A DNA stretch of 64,000 nt from Patescibacteria group bacterium (GCA_038063815.1 JBBTUJ010000005.1:4875-68874); one strand, 5' to 3'. Counted from the stretch's first letter, positions 28,512-37,661 are shown. Translations and numbers: made by a program. Notes: generated by a model from the sequence alone, not told the origin.

Positions 28512-28646
28512 CCCGCACACTAACTTTGGCATTGTCTTCAGTACGCCGAGATCATTGTCACATTATCTGTGATAACTATTCGGGAATAACGATAATAAAC
28601 CTTCCACACAACTGCCTTCGGCGTAATGCCAAAGTTAGTGTGCGGG
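28512..28646. repeat. 16S V2 insertion forming a 22 bp perfect stem (CCCGCACACTAACTTTGGCATT / AATGCCAAAGTTAGTGTGCGGG), with a partial third copy at 28664-28690
   Basis: A perfect 22 bp inverted repeat encloses 91 nt, with an inner ACGCCGA/TCGGCGT extension. It is absent from E. coli-type V2. Confidence 0.65.
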
Positions 28647-29042
28647 TTTACTCCGATTTGAAGACCATTACAAAGTTAGTGAGCGGGACCATCAGGTATT
28701 AGCCCATCTTTCGATGAGTTATTCCTGACTTCTAGGTACGTTCCCACCCGTTACTACCCCGTTTGCCGGTTGCCCTTGCGGGCCCCCTTGACTTGCATGC
28801 CTTAACCACGCCGCCAGCGTTCATCCTGAGCTAGGATCAAACTCTACATAAGAATCACAAATTGCTTTGTGATTTTTCTGAACGGAACAAAAGAAACAAC
28901 ACATGTATATCGTTCTTTGTTCTTTTTTTCCAGCACGTAGCTCATGCGTGCCGGACTTAGATACTTTACTTGTTTAGGAATAGACGAGTACTCCCAACAC
29001 TTATTCGAGTGCTGGAAAATCTTGTACTCTCTACTTATTTTA

Positions 29043-29343
29043 TCCAGCACTTAACTTTGCTCTGTCATGGTGAGAAACAATGGTGTATCTCTACCTTATA
29101 CAGAATAAAAGCGGCGCACTCTACTTTGGTGCAACAACTAATTTGCGACAAAGAATTTTTGACCACAATGCAGGTCGTTCTCTTGCCACACAGGGCTCAG
29201 AGTGGCAACTCGTATATTACGAGGCGTTTCGCGCAGAGAAAGATGCTCGTGACCGTGAACATCAAATAAAGTTTCACGGTCAAGCGAAACGACGACTTAA
29301 ACAACGGCTCAAAAATTCTTTAGAGCAAAGTTAAGTGCTGGAT
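29043..29343 (+). mobile_element. putative mini mobile cassette: GIY-YIG gene bounded by perfect 21 bp terminal inverted repeats
   Basis: Left inverted repeat ATCCAGCACTTAACTTTGCTC at 29043-29063. Right inverted repeat GAGCAAAGTTAAGTGCTGGAT at 29323-29343, which contains the gene's stop codon. Confidence 0.4.
29080..29334 (+). CDS. GIY-YIG nuclease family protein (UPF0213/YhbQ-like)
   Basis: VYLYLIQNKSGALYFGATTNLRQRIFDHN...WQLVYYEAF...REHQIK is the GIY-YIG signature. Confidence 0.75.
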   Translation: MVYLYLIQNKSGALYFGATTNLRQRIFDHNAGRSLATQGSEWQLVYYEAFRAEKDARDREHQIKFHGQAKRRLKQRLKNSLEQS

Positions 29344-29493
29344 GAATTGTCAAAGTCCATCAAAAACCCCACCTCAGCCAGTCACGGCCGAAATGGGGTG
29401 ACTAGTTGAATGGACCTCCATTATATTCATAGAAAGGATTGTGTCAAGTTTCAGTGAATCCCTTGCAAACGCCTTTATCTCGCCCTTTTCACT

Positions 29494-31776
29494 ATGCGCT
29501 ACAATACCCCCATGCAGCTCAACGACCCGCTTATAAAAATACTTCGCCTTACCGAGGCACAGAAGAAGGCGCTCAAAAAACTGCATCTCACGAGTGTGTC
29601 AGATGTGCTCTATCACTTCCCCGCTCGATACGTCTCATCAACGGGCGATGGTGTTATTCAAACAACTGCTCCGGGTGACATGGCTTCTGTTGTGGGAGTT
29701 ATTTCAAAAACAAAAGCACGCAAGGCATGGAAAAGCCGTATTCCTATGACCGAAGCAACACTCAAAGATGCGTCAGGAAGCTTGCATCTTTTGTGGCTCC
29801 ACCAGCCATACATCTCAAAAATGTTTCCCGAAGGATCAGCCGTTGTTGTCACAGGAAAAATAAAAGAGAAGGACGGTAAGCGCTCGATGATTAATCCAGA
29901 AATTACACGCGTAAAAACAGGGGGGTTTGGAGGTCCGACCTCCAGGAATTTGGAGGTCGGACCTCCAAATAGAAATAATCTTTTTAATACAACCCCGAAC
30001 TCGGATATACCACTTCTTCCTGTGTACCCCGAGAGTCGCGGTGTCACGTCACGATGGTTCTTCTACACCATTCAAAAGATACTTGCAGACGATGTTGTGA
30101 ACACCGCACACGATCCAATTCCAAAAGACATCTTAAAAAAATATAATCTTCCGGCGCTCGGTACGGCGCTTGTGTGGATGCATGCCCCAAAAAACGAGAC
30201 CGACGCACGTGCCGCACGCAAACGGTTTGCGTTTCAAGAAATCTTTTTTATTCAACTCAAAAAGCAACAAGAGCGACACTTCACCGACTCGCTCCCCACA
30301 TGGGATATCCGACCGTCGCAAGAAAGCATCAACGAGTTTCTTGCAAAGTTTCCCTTTACACCGACAAGTGCCCAATCAAAAGCGCTCACCGATATCTTTA
30401 ATGATTTTGCCGGTACTCGCGCAATGTCACGACTTCTTGAGGGTGATGTTGGTTCGGGTAAAACATTCGTTGCCGCTGCTACCAGTTTCGCTGTGGTTAC
30501 GACGCGTCCGCCAAAGATGGTATCGACAGGTCCTGCGCTTCCCAAAAAATCCGACTTACAAAAACAAGCTGGTCGTGTCGAGGGTAAGCAAGATTTCGGC
30601 AACCTTCAGGTGGCGCTCATGGCCCCTACTGAAATATTGGCAACGCAGCATTTTGAATCGTTTATCGAGCTCTATCGCGGATTGCCGATCAATGTGGCAC
30701 TCATCACTTCATCGGGATGCAAAAAGTTCCCGTCCAAAGTCAATCCCAATTCATGGACCGACATCTCACGCGCACAACTTTTGAAATGGGTGGCAAATGG
30801 TGAGATACCTATCCTCATTGGCACACACGCACTCATTCAAAAAACGGTGGAGTTTAAACATCTGGCGTATGTGATCATTGATGAACAGCACAGGTTTGGA
30901 ACAAAACAGCGCATGACCTTGGCGCGCAAAGACGAAAAGATTCCTCACTTGCTTTCGATGACTGCAACACCGATCCCTCGCACACTCGCGCTCACTATAT
31001 ATGGCGACCTCGATCTCACCCTGCTCGATGTGATGCCTCCCGGGCGCAAACCGATTGTTACAAAAATCGCCACACCACGCGAGCGAAAGGCGGTGTATGA
31101 ACACATCCGTACCGAAGTACAGAGTGGCAGACAAGCGTACATTATTTGCCCACGTATTGACGCGCCCGATGAAAACGACGAAATGGCACTTCAGGCAAAA
31201 TCGGTTGAGGAAGAAACTAAGCACCTTTCGCGCGACGTGTTCCCGGAATTCCGTATTGCATCGCTCCATGGCAAGATGCTTTCGAGCAAAAAAGAAAGCG
31301 TGATGGCCGACTTTGTGTCGGGGGCAATCAACATTCTCGTAGCAACGTCTGTGGTTGAGGTGGGTGTCAATGTTCCCAATGCAACTATCATTATTATCGA
31401 GGGTGCCGAGCGCTTTGGCCTTTCGCAACTTCACCAAATCCGCGGGCGCGTCTTGCGAAGCACGCACCAAGCGCACTGCTATCTCTTTACTGAATCGAAA
31501 TCGCAATCAACGCTCGACCGTCTCAAAGTGCTTGCCGAGGCCGCCAACGGGTTCGAGCTCGCCGAGCACGACCTCGCACTCCGCGGCGCGGGTGGTCTTG
31601 TCGGCCACAAACAGTGGGGTGTTTCCGATGTCGGCATGGAAGCGCTTCAAAATATCAAAATGGTTGAAGCAGCGCGAAACGAGGCGAAGGCGCTCGTTTC
31701 GCGCGACCCGGAACTCTCAGGATTTCCTCTTTTACAATCCGCCCTCACCGAGCGTGGCGAGGTGCATTTTGAGTAA
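29494..31776 (+). CDS. recG: ATP-dependent DNA helicase RecG
   Basis: Walker A LLEGDVGSGKT, DEQH box VIIDEQHRFG, MTATPIPRTL and QLHQIRGRVLR. 760 aa. Confidence 0.9.
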   Translation: MRYNTPMQLNDPLIKILRLTEAQKKALKKLHLTSVSDVLYHFPARYVSSTGDGVIQTTAPGDMASVVGVISKTKARKAWKSRIPMTEATLKDASGSLHLLWLHQPYISKMFPEGSAVVVTGKIKEKDGKRSMINPEITRVKTGGFGGPTSRNLEVGPPNRNNLFNTTPNSDIPLLPVYPESRGVTSRWFFYTIQKILADDVVNTAHDPIPKDILKKYNLPALGTALVWMHAPKNETDARAARKRFAFQEIFFIQLKKQQERHFTDSLPTWDIRPSQESINEFLAKFPFTPTSAQSKALTDIFNDFAGTRAMSRLLEGDVGSGKTFVAAATSFAVVTTRPPKMVSTGPALPKKSDLQKQAGRVEGKQDFGNLQVALMAPTEILATQHFESFIELYRGLPINVALITSSGCKKFPSKVNPNSWTDISRAQLLKWVANGEIPILIGTHALIQKTVEFKHLAYVIIDEQHRFGTKQRMTLARKDEKIPHLLSMTATPIPRTLALTIYGDLDLTLLDVMPPGRKPIVTKIATPRERKAVYEHIRTEVQSGRQAYIICPRIDAPDENDEMALQAKSVEEETKHLSRDVFPEFRIASLHGKMLSSKKESVMADFVSGAINILVATSVVEVGVNVPNATIIIIEGAERFGLSQLHQIRGRVLRSTHQAHCYLFTESKSQSTLDRLKVLAEAANGFELAEHDLALRGAGGLVGHKQWGVSDVGMEALQNIKMVEAARNEAKALVSRDPELSGFPLLQSALTERGEVHFE
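29926..29970. repeat. 45 bp structured palindrome in-frame inside recG
   Basis: TTTGGAGGTCCGACCTCC-aggaattt-GGAGGTCGGACCTCCAAA. Two 18 bp arms, each itself a near-palindrome, encode GGFGGPTSRNLEVGPPN. Confidence 0.6.
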
Positions 31777-31778
31777 AA

Positions 31779-32123
31779 CTAGTTGATTGTTTCCGACGGC
31801 GTTTTCGATGACGGAAGAGTTGGTACCCCTTCTGTCTCTTCTCGATGCTTTCTTTCCAACTCATCTAATTTGCTTTGTTTTTCTTGCTCCTCCTGCCATT
31901 TTGCAGCAGCTTCTGGAGTATCAAAAACGAGTTGCTTTATAGAAACCCCTTTTCCAAATAATACTTCTTTTTTTGTTCCTACAAGACTTCCTGTTTCTCT
32001 ATTAAAGCTATGTGTAGTTTTTATTTTATCTCCGTTTTCTTCTCCCTCTGTTATCACTTCCATAGTTTTCCCTTCCTTTGCATCCTTTGACGGCACGTAT
32101 GCCTTGGGTCCTTCCATTCCCAT
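31779..32123 (-). CDS. hypothetical small acidic protein
   Basis: 114 aa ORF convergent with recG. No family recognised. Confidence 0.35.
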   Translation of the reverse strand: MGMEGPKAYVPSKDAKEGKTMEVITEGEENGDKIKTTHSFNRETGSLVGTKKEVLFGKGVSIKQLVFDTPEAAAKWQEEQEKQSKLDELERKHREETEGVPTLPSSKTPSETIN

Positions 32124-32224
32124 AGTATTGGTAGATCAATTTTAATACCCCCATGCTATCCCCCCCCCGAAAATAAGACAAGCTAGCTGAAAAGGAAGAC
32201 TTTGAGAGTGAGGCGACCACCTCT

Positions 32225-34003
32225 CTACTCCTCCTCCTTCAAGAACCCTCCCGCCTGAATAGACCACAGCTTTTTGTAGAGCTCGTCTTTGGCGAGAAGT
32301 TCGTTGTGCGTTCCCATCGCGCGAATGTTGCCGTCTTCGATGACAATGATACGGTCCATCTTGATGATTGTTGAGAGTCGGTGCGCAATGACAATGACTG
32401 TCTTTCCTTCCATGAGTGTGCGAAGCGCGTCTTGAATAAGATGCTCCGATTCGGAGTCCAAACTCGATGTGGCTTCGTCGAGCACGAGGATCGGCGCGTC
32501 CTTGAGGATCGCGCGAGCGATGGCGACACGTTGGCGCTCACCGCCCGAGAGCTTGATGCCACGCTCGCCGACCATGGTGTCGTAGCCATCGGGAAGCGCT
32601 GCAATGAATTCGTGACAGCGTGCTTTCTTCGCCGCCTCGATTACCTCCTCGTCGGTCGCATCAAGTCGTCCGTAGCGGATGTTGTCTTTGAGCGAGCGAT
32701 GGAAGAGGATCGGCTCTTGCGGCACCAACGCGATCGCGTTACGCAGACTATCCTGCGTGACTTTCGAAATATCCTGCCCATCAATGAAGATCGTGCCCTC
32801 GGTCACGTCATGGAACCGGAAGAGAAGCTTCGTGACGGTCGTCTTCCCTGCTCCTGAAGGACCAATGAACGCGACCTTCTCACCCGGGTTGATAGAAAGC
32901 GAGAAACCATCGAGCACTTTGCGCGTTTCGTTAAAATTGAATGAGACGTCAGTAAACTCGATCTTACCTTTCGTCACCCTGAGCATTCCTGCCCCCGGAA
33001 CATCCTGCACACCGAAGGGCTTGTCGAGTATCTCGACCATCTCTTTTGCATCGGCGAATGCCTGATACAGAGCTTTAAGTACCCATCCAAAACCCCAAAG
33101 GGAGTTCGCGAGCGTGAGAATGTACGCTTGAAACAAGACGAAATCACCGAGAGTGAGAAGGCCTTTTTGATACAGCTGATATGAACCGAACATTACCACG
33201 ACCTCAATCACGAGCGTCAGAAATCCTTGTACGGCCCGCATAGCCTCGTTGATATTCCAGGTGAACAGACGGATTCTGCGGAGAGATTCGATGGCTTGGC
33301 CAAAGAGACTCTTCTCGTGGTGGACTGCCGAAAACAACTTGATTGTCGTGTTGTTGGTAAACGCATCAGAAGCGGTTGCTCCGACTTTTGTATCAGCTGC
33401 TGCACGCTCTTCCTCATATTTCTGTTTCCATTGGATCACCAGATAATTAAGATAAATCAAAATCCCGCACCAGATGAGCAACGCAAAGCCGATCTCTTTT
33501 GAGCGCGAGAAAATGACCACAAGCATGGTAGTCGTCGTCACAAGAAGCGGTATGAGTGAATATGCGAATTGATCAAATATCGTTTCGTACGCCGCAGCGA
33601 ACCTGCTGACCTTGCGGGTCAGTGATCCGACAAATGAGTTCGTGAAGAATTCGTATGAATGTTGGAGGATGTTCGCAAAAGCAGCATTGGACAGATCGGC
33701 CTCAACCCGTGCCTGGATCCAGTTGGAGATGAGGGTGATCGGACGCCATAAAGCCCACCCCACACCTTTAAGAACGAGTCCCAAAACAAGCGCGGTGAAA
33801 GCGGTGCGAGCAACAACTTCCCCAGCCAATGCGTCAAAAAAGTCCTTGTAGTAGAGCGGCGCGAGCGCGCTCACGACGCTTGTACCGATAAGACAGACAA
33901 AAATGACGAAAAGGCGCCACGGGTACTTTTTGGACTCATCGAAAAAGACCTTGAAGATGCGGCTCGTTTTTACCGTTGATTTCTTTCTTTCAGTTGCATT
34001 CAT
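32225..34003 (-). CDS. ABC transporter permease/ATP-binding protein (MsbA-like exporter)
   Basis: N-terminal 6-TM domain, then Walker A GPSGAGKTT, signature LSGGERQRVAIARAIL and Walker B LVLDEATSSLD. Confidence 0.85.
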   Translation of the reverse strand: MNATERKKSTVKTSRIFKVFFDESKKYPWRLFVIFVCLIGTSVVSALAPLYYKDFFDALAGEVVARTAFTALVLGLVLKGVGWALWRPITLISNWIQARVEADLSNAAFANILQHSYEFFTNSFVGSLTRKVSRFAAAYETIFDQFAYSLIPLLVTTTTMLVVIFSRSKEIGFALLIWCGILIYLNYLVIQWKQKYEEERAAADTKVGATASDAFTNNTTIKLFSAVHHEKSLFGQAIESLRRIRLFTWNINEAMRAVQGFLTLVIEVVVMFGSYQLYQKGLLTLGDFVLFQAYILTLANSLWGFGWVLKALYQAFADAKEMVEILDKPFGVQDVPGAGMLRVTKGKIEFTDVSFNFNETRKVLDGFSLSINPGEKVAFIGPSGAGKTTVTKLLFRFHDVTEGTIFIDGQDISKVTQDSLRNAIALVPQEPILFHRSLKDNIRYGRLDATDEEVIEAAKKARCHEFIAALPDGYDTMVGERGIKLSGGERQRVAIARAILKDAPILVLDEATSSLDSESEHLIQDALRTLMEGKTVIVIAHRLSTIIKMDRIIVIEDGNIRAMGTHNELLAKDELYKKLWSIQAGGFLKEEE

Positions 34004-34127
34004 CCCGCAAGAATATCACAATGGCTTAACCCGTGACATTCCGTCCCTTTTACATACTTGACAAACGTCAACAGGATTTGCTATCATCTACTCATCACCA
34101 CGAAAAAGCTCCTGCGAGGTTCCGTCC

Positions 34128-34646
34128 TCACGGGGCCTTTTTCTTTATATGGGTGTATTCGATTTTGTTTTTTGCTTCTTCAAGAAAAACAAGGTATTTC
34201 TCATTCTCGTCATTTATTTTTTTCAAAAGGGCTGAATACTTCCTTTGGTCGGGCACAAGAACCGCTTCAAGTTTTTTATTTCCTTTCAGATATTCTGCTA
34301 AACAATAGAAATCACCGTCGCCTGAAACAATCACGGCTTTTTCATAATTCGGATACTCAATCATTGCATGGAGAACAAGCTCGGCGTCACAATTACCCTT
34401 GGTTGAACCATCTCTATAGACAAGGGTTGGCTTGAAAATCACAATATACCCATTTTCTTGAAGTTCTTTGTACATCTGCTGCTTTCCTTCAACGTATCCC
34501 ACAAAGAGATACGCTTTTGTCACTTTATACTTTTCTCTTAAGTATTTTCTAAATTTTGCAAAATCGAGCTTCCATCCCTGATTTTTAATGCCTAGATACA
34601 CGTTTTGGCTGTCTATAAAAGCACAGTTGAATGACTTATTATCCAT
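34128..34646 (-). CDS. NYN domain (LabA-like PIN-fold) protein
   Basis: GNCDAELVLHAM...AVIVSGDGDF is the NYN/LabA signature. Confidence 0.7.
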   Translation of the reverse strand: MDNKSFNCAFIDSQNVYLGIKNQGWKLDFAKFRKYLREKYKVTKAYLFVGYVEGKQQMYKELQENGYIVIFKPTLVYRDGSTKGNCDAELVLHAMIEYPNYEKAVIVSGDGDFYCLAEYLKGNKKLEAVLVPDQRKYSALLKKINDENEKYLVFLEEAKNKIEYTHIKKKAP

Positions 34647-34742
34647 ACTTGTAATTGTATCAAACCGCTATTCTTTATCTGTATCCACTTTATTTTTTTA
34701 TTAGGAGCGATGTACAAATGGGGCTAAAGCGTGTAAAAGATA

Positions 34743-34814
34743 TATACGGCGGCCCGTAGCTCAATGGTAGAGCGGTCGACTTATATTCGATTGGTTGCAG
34801 GTTCGAGTCCTGCC
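34743..34814 (+). tRNA. tRNA with anticodon TAT (tRNA-Ile(UAU)-like)
   Basis: CGGCCCG-TA-GCTC-AATGGTA-GAGC-G-GTCGA-CTTATAT-TCGAT-TGGTT-GCAGG-TTCGAGT-CCTGC-CGGGCCG-A. CCA is not encoded. Confidence 0.65.
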
Positions 34815-34822
34815 GGGCCGAC

Positions 34823-35983
34823 ATGAAAAACAAATATATCCCATATACATTGCTCGGCGTCGGTATCCTTATACTCGCCATTGTTTTTGTATGGGGCAGA
34901 ACAGACGATTCAACGTATCTCAAAGCGGCGCGCGCCGGGGGTGACTACCTCGTGCGGCAGATGCATGAAGACGGCTCATTCGTATATGAGTATGACCCTA
35001 TCTCGAACAAGGAAGATGATTCATATAACCTCCTCCGACACGCCGGCACGACATATTCTCTTCTTGAACTCTATGAAGTAACACGGGACACAAAATATCT
35101 CACTGCAGCCGAAAGGGCGCTCACGTATCTTCGCGAATCAGCTATTCCCTGCCCTGTGTATAAAGATGCGCTCTGTATCCTTGAAGAAAACGAGATAAAA
35201 CTCGGCGGAAACGGACTCGCAATCCTTGCGCTTGCAAAATATATGGAAGTCACCTCTTCACGAGATGATTTGGAACTCGCGGAAGGTCTTGCGCGATTTG
35301 CTCAAGCGATCCAAGCAAAAAACGGAAAGTTTCTTTTCTACAAAATGGACAAGGACGGTGTACCCGATTCAGAATTTGTCTCCGAGTACTACCCCGGAGA
35401 AGCGATGTTTGGACTTGCGCGTCTCTCAGGGCTCTCCGACAACAAAGAGTGGCTCAATGTCGCACACAAAGGAGCGGAGTGGATTATCTTGGTACGTGAT
35501 GCAAAAGTTCCAACAGACGACCTGCCCCATGATCACTGGCTGCTCTATGCCTTAAACGAACTCTACGCGGACACGCCAAACCAAATCTATGCTGATCACA
35601 CAAAACGGCTCGTGGAAGCAATTGTCTCCTTACAACACCGCGACAAAGTAGGCGAAGAGGCCGTATGGAACGGCGGCTATTACAACCCTCCCCGCTCAAC
35701 CCCAACCGCAACGCGAAGCGAAGGATTAGGGGCCGCGTATTATCTTTTAAACCGCGCAGGTGACCCTATCTACGCAGGAGTCGCAAAAAACGCAATGGAG
35801 AAGGGAGTCGAGTTTCAACTCCGTACCCAGATGACATCCCAAAAAATTCATGCGTTAAACGCAAGCGGACGCGCTCTCGGTGGATTCCACGAAACGCTTG
35901 ATGACTACACAATCCGTATCGACTACGTCCAGCACAATATCTCTGCGCTCCTCGCGCTTGAAGAGATCGTGAATATTGAATAG
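34823..35983 (+). CDS. membrane-anchored hypothetical protein, alpha/alpha-toroid-like (six-hairpin glycosidase / prenyltransferase-repeat-like)
   Basis: N-terminal TM helix, then repeated aromatic/Gly-rich helical hairpin pattern. The family is not securely recognised. Confidence 0.45.
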   Translation: MKNKYIPYTLLGVGILILAIVFVWGRTDDSTYLKAARAGGDYLVRQMHEDGSFVYEYDPISNKEDDSYNLLRHAGTTYSLLELYEVTRDTKYLTAAERALTYLRESAIPCPVYKDALCILEENEIKLGGNGLAILALAKYMEVTSSRDDLELAEGLARFAQAIQAKNGKFLFYKMDKDGVPDSEFVSEYYPGEAMFGLARLSGLSDNKEWLNVAHKGAEWIILVRDAKVPTDDLPHDHWLLYALNELYADTPNQIYADHTKRLVEAIVSLQHRDKVGEEAVWNGGYYNPPRSTPTATRSEGLGAAYYLLNRAGDPIYAGVAKNAMEKGVEFQLRTQMTSQKIHALNASGRALGGFHETLDDYTIRIDYVQHNISALLALEEIVNIE

Positions 35984-35986
35984 TCC

Positions 35987-37264
35987 TTATTCGACAAATG
36001 TAATTGCGGCTCCTCCCTTTCCTGCGCGGCCGGTGCGGCCGATGCGGTGCACATAATCATCGTGTGTCTGCGGAATGGTGTAATTGATGACGTGTGAGAT
36101 GTCTTTGATATCAAGACCACGCGCAGCAACATCCGTCGCAACGAGAATCTTCACCTTTCCGTCGCGGAAAAGCGTCAAAGAGTGTGTGCGTTCACGCTGA
36201 CGTTTGTCACCGTGAATCGATTCGGCGGTAAACCCTTTGCGTACCAATTCTTTTGCAAGCCGTTCAACATCACGCTTCGTTTCGCTGAAGATGAGAACTT
36301 TTTCGAGTTCCTTGCGCCCTAAAAGCCGTTCGAGCTCTTCAAATTTCTTTGTGTGGTCAGAGACACGAACGATGTCCTGTTTAATATTTACTGTTCGGTG
36401 TGGCGCCGCGATCTCAACAGCGATCGGGTCAGTAAGAAAGCTCTTTGTAAGTTCGCGAATCTTCGGTGGCATCGTTGCGGAGAAAAAGAGCGTCTGACGC
36501 TTCGGCGGAACGGCAGCCATGATTCTTTTGATGTCATCAACGAATCCCATGTCGAGCATCTGATCCACTTCGTCAAGCACGACGTATGAGAATGCGGAGA
36601 GCGGAAGTGAACCGCGCTCGGTCAAGTCCTTGATACGTCCGACAGTTCCGATAACAAATGCCGGTGCGCGGCGAAGGTCAGCGAGCTGTCGTCCAATCGG
36701 CATACCACCAACACATACCGCGGCATACATGTGACGTCCCGCGGAGAATTTCTTGAATTCGCTTTCGATTTGCATCGCAAGTTCGCGAGTCGGAGCAAGA
36801 ATAAGAGCATGTTCACGCGGTTCTTTGGTGATCTTTTCAATAAGTGGAATCAGAAACGCTGCGGTTTTTCCTGTTCCCGTGTTCGCTTTACCAATAAGAT
36901 CACGGCCGTCAAGAATATACGGAATCGCTTCAAACTGTATTGGCATCGCATTCTCGTATCCTTCTTTTGCGAGAAGATCGAGCATGGGACGCGAAAGGTC
37001 GAGTTGTGAGAATGGCCGTGCTGTCTCTTTTGTTTCTGTGTGGATTGTCTCAAGGGGCGTGTGGATAAAGCGGGAGATATCGATGTGTTCTCCTCGTTGT
37101 CGGCGTGCGCCCCCTCGGGGTGCGCCAAAGCGGCGTCCTCCGTGGGAAGGGTGTGCTGTGTGTCTCTGGGGCCGTCCACCACGGAAGGTGGAAGCGCCTC
37201 GAGAGCGAGAACCGGCTCTGGGGCCGGTATGAGTGCGTGTGTACATAAATCTCTGTCCGGTCAA
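35987..37264 (-). CDS. DEAD-box ATP-dependent RNA helicase with Arg/Gly-rich N-terminal extension
   Basis: Q-motif, GKANTGTGKT, PTRELA, DEVD, SAT and HRIGRTGRAG. The first roughly 85 aa are RG-rich. Confidence 0.85.
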   Translation of the reverse strand: MTGQRFMYTRTHTGPRAGSRSRGASTFRGGRPQRHTAHPSHGGRRFGAPRGGARRQRGEHIDISRFIHTPLETIHTETKETARPFSQLDLSRPMLDLLAKEGYENAMPIQFEAIPYILDGRDLIGKANTGTGKTAAFLIPLIEKITKEPREHALILAPTRELAMQIESEFKKFSAGRHMYAAVCVGGMPIGRQLADLRRAPAFVIGTVGRIKDLTERGSLPLSAFSYVVLDEVDQMLDMGFVDDIKRIMAAVPPKRQTLFFSATMPPKIRELTKSFLTDPIAVEIAAPHRTVNIKQDIVRVSDHTKKFEELERLLGRKELEKVLIFSETKRDVERLAKELVRKGFTAESIHGDKRQRERTHSLTLFRDGKVKILVATDVAARGLDIKDISHVINYTIPQTHDDYVHRIGRTGRAGKGGAAITFVE

Positions 37265-37347
37265 AAGGACCGGTACCGATACGTAATAATCTCAATTGCT
37301 GTATAGAACATTGAGAGATCCGTATCTATCAGAAATCTATAGAACAA

Positions 37348-37388
37348 TTAGTATTTGAATACTAACATACTCCTGCCCAAAAAGCAAG
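37348..37388 (-). promoter_or_regulatory. promoter TTGCTT-N17-TAGTAT with an overlapping 18 bp palindrome (TTAGTATTTGAATACTAA), upstream of the DEAD-box helicase
   Basis: The palindrome at 37348-37365 overlaps the -10. Direct repeats CTATAGAACA lie at 37336 and 37305. Confidence 0.35.
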
Positions 37389-37398
37389 TTTTAGAAAA

Positions 37399-37635
37399 CT
37401 ATACGGTTTCTTCGCCCCACTTTAAACGCGGGCTCTTTTGAGTAGTCGCAGAGGGGCGTGCGTTTGGTTTTGCTGGTTCAAATCCTGGCGGTACCGCCTT
37501 ATGCTCAACGCGCTCATTTGTTCCAAACCCTCTTTGCTCAAGTCGTCTGACTTCTTCCATTGCGAGCCGCTTAATTTCTTCTCCTTTTTCGTCACGAGGA
37601 AGTTGTCCGCCAAACACTTCTGAAAAGAATCCCAT
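37399..37635 (-). CDS. hypothetical small protein
   Basis: 78 aa ORF immediately downstream of ftsH. The sequence is protein-like but no family is recognised. Confidence 0.3.
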   Translation of the reverse strand: MGFFSEVFGGQLPRDEKGEEIKRLAMEEVRRLEQRGFGTNERVEHKAVPPGFEPAKPNARPSATTQKSPRLKWGEETV

Positions 37636-37661
37636 GGTTTTTGTTGTATATGATTAAAACA

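Noticed and set aside
28970-29269. 99 aa ORF overlapping the GIY-YIG gene region in another frame.
   Set aside because: It runs through the left inverted repeat and the real GIY-YIG ORF and shows no motif. The 84 aa GIY-YIG frame has the family signature.
34058-34127. Plus-strand TTGACA-N19-TATCAT followed by a T-rich hairpin between the ABC exporter and NYN genes (possible tiny sRNA).
   Set aside because: The 19 bp spacer is outside the normal range, nothing is encoded downstream, and the hairpin is weak.
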